Shown: one piece after another, positions 63,752 through 64,000 of the stretch
Layout: each line of letters opens with the position of its first letter
How positions within the stretch are numbered: position 1 is the first letter of the stretch
DNA from: an uncultured Alphaproteobacteria bacterium
Lineage (GTDB): Bacteria > Pseudomonadota > Alphaproteobacteria > HIMB59 > GCA-002718135
DNA: 64,000 bases
Assembly: GCA_902540265.1 (NCBI GenBank)
Contig: CACBLW010000004.1
Coordinates: 12,901 to 76,900, forward strand
Direction: 5' to 3'
Translations under genes and position numbers: made by a program
The notes under the pieces: model-generated
The model's input: only the letters and a program-made list of their open reading frames with translations
Database searches by the model: none
What the model was told of the DNA's origin: nothing

Positions 63752-64000
63752 ATGCGTAGATTATTTGAGGGACTTCTTGAAAGAGCAATGTTTTCAAGCA
63801 GATGGGCTTTAGCTCCTGTTTACGTTGCGCTATGTCTTACTCTACTAGTTATTACATACAAAGTTATTGCGTTATTCATTTATGAAATTACACACTTAAG
63901 TGAATTAACCTTAAATGAACTTCTTGTATTTGTTTTGCATATTGTTGACTTAGCTCTTGTTGGAAATTTAGTTTTAATGGTAATTTTTGCTGGATACGAG
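63752..64000 (+). CDS. yqhA: UPF0114 (YqhA) family membrane protein, 3'-truncated by window edge
   Basis: My own translation is MRRLFEGLLERAMFSSRWALAPVYVALCLTLL ... VDLALVGNLVLMVIFAGYE. It closely follows the E. coli YqhA N-terminal pattern (SRWLLAPVY ... LVGGLLVMVMFSGYE) as I remember it. The ORF is open to the window end. Confidence 0.75.
   Translation, partial: MRRLFEGLLERAMFSSRWALAPVYVALCLTLLVITYKVIALFIYEITHLSELTLNELLVFVLHIVDLALVGNLVLMVIFAGYE

Noticed and set aside
1-64000. Defence systems, toxin-antitoxin pairs, CRISPR arrays, prophage remnants
   Set aside because: I saw no repeat-spacer arrays, no Cas, restriction, Abi or nuclease-helicase signatures, and no small two-gene TA-like cassettes. 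The CDA-fold deaminase at 23913-24485 has no adjacent immunity-like ORF or secretion-associated domain, so I read it as metabolic.

Overview
This is a visibly AT-rich, very compact bacterial chromosome segment with about 70 protein-coding genes. Spacers are mostly 0-30 nt, stop/start overlaps (ATGA, TGATG) are common, and several convergent gene pairs overlap at their 3' ends. I found no rRNA or tRNA genes, no transposase, integrase or phage genes, and no CRISPR array. The gene content and architecture point to a streamlined marine alphaproteobacterium of the Pelagibacterales (SAR11) type; this is an inference, not verified by any search. The supporting content is an alphaproteobacterial xthA-erpA-dgt-argS-SPOR-scpAB ... 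tatABC-serS-pcm backbone, a tandem glycine riboswitch in front of gcvTHP, a DmdA-like demethylase, a gmaS/mgsABC-like methylamine module, and cysE-CBS-CGL.

Layout:
- 1-10.1 kb: housekeeping block.
- 10.1-14.4 kb: N-methylglutamate-pathway-like module on the minus strand.
- 14.7-23.6 kb: tatABC, serS, pcm, MATE, rlmJ, csp, EF-hand/DjlA, a PLP dehydratase, anmK.
- 23.7-29.0 kb: an orphan structured RNA carrying the only clean intrinsic terminator I could find, a CDA-fold deaminase, then the glycine riboswitch and gcvTHP.
- 29-33.2 kb: rseP, a MazG-like gene, and sulfur amino-acid genes.
- 33.3-50.6 kb: the most unusual part, a 16-gene, divergently transcribed carbohydrate-like island with no regulator. 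It holds a GH51-like hydrolase, a YnjB-type ABC importer, an AraA/FucI-like isomerase, an orphan TPP E1 alpha/beta pair, an IUNH-like hydrolase, a ketose 3-epimerase-like protein, split DhaL/DhaK, a LacD/YihT-like aldolase, a beta-hydroxyacid dehydrogenase, an enolase-superfamily enzyme and a thioesterase, followed by a BASS transporter.
- 50.6-57.4 kb: nine tightly packed minus-strand genes. These are a PhyH dioxygenase, an ABC-2 exporter, a photolyase-related protein whose FAD domain appears N-terminal, a PsiE-like protein, a DCC protein, an MhpD-like hydratase, a sulfotransferase-like protein and a class IV aminotransferase.
- 57.6-64 kb: MFS transporter, beta-HAD, DmdA-like gene, tandem EamA paralogs, DapA-family aldolase, and yqhA truncated at its 3' end.

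I recognised no defence system, toxin-antitoxin pair or mobile element. All functional calls come from motif and family recognition by eye on the supplied translations; none was verified by a database search.
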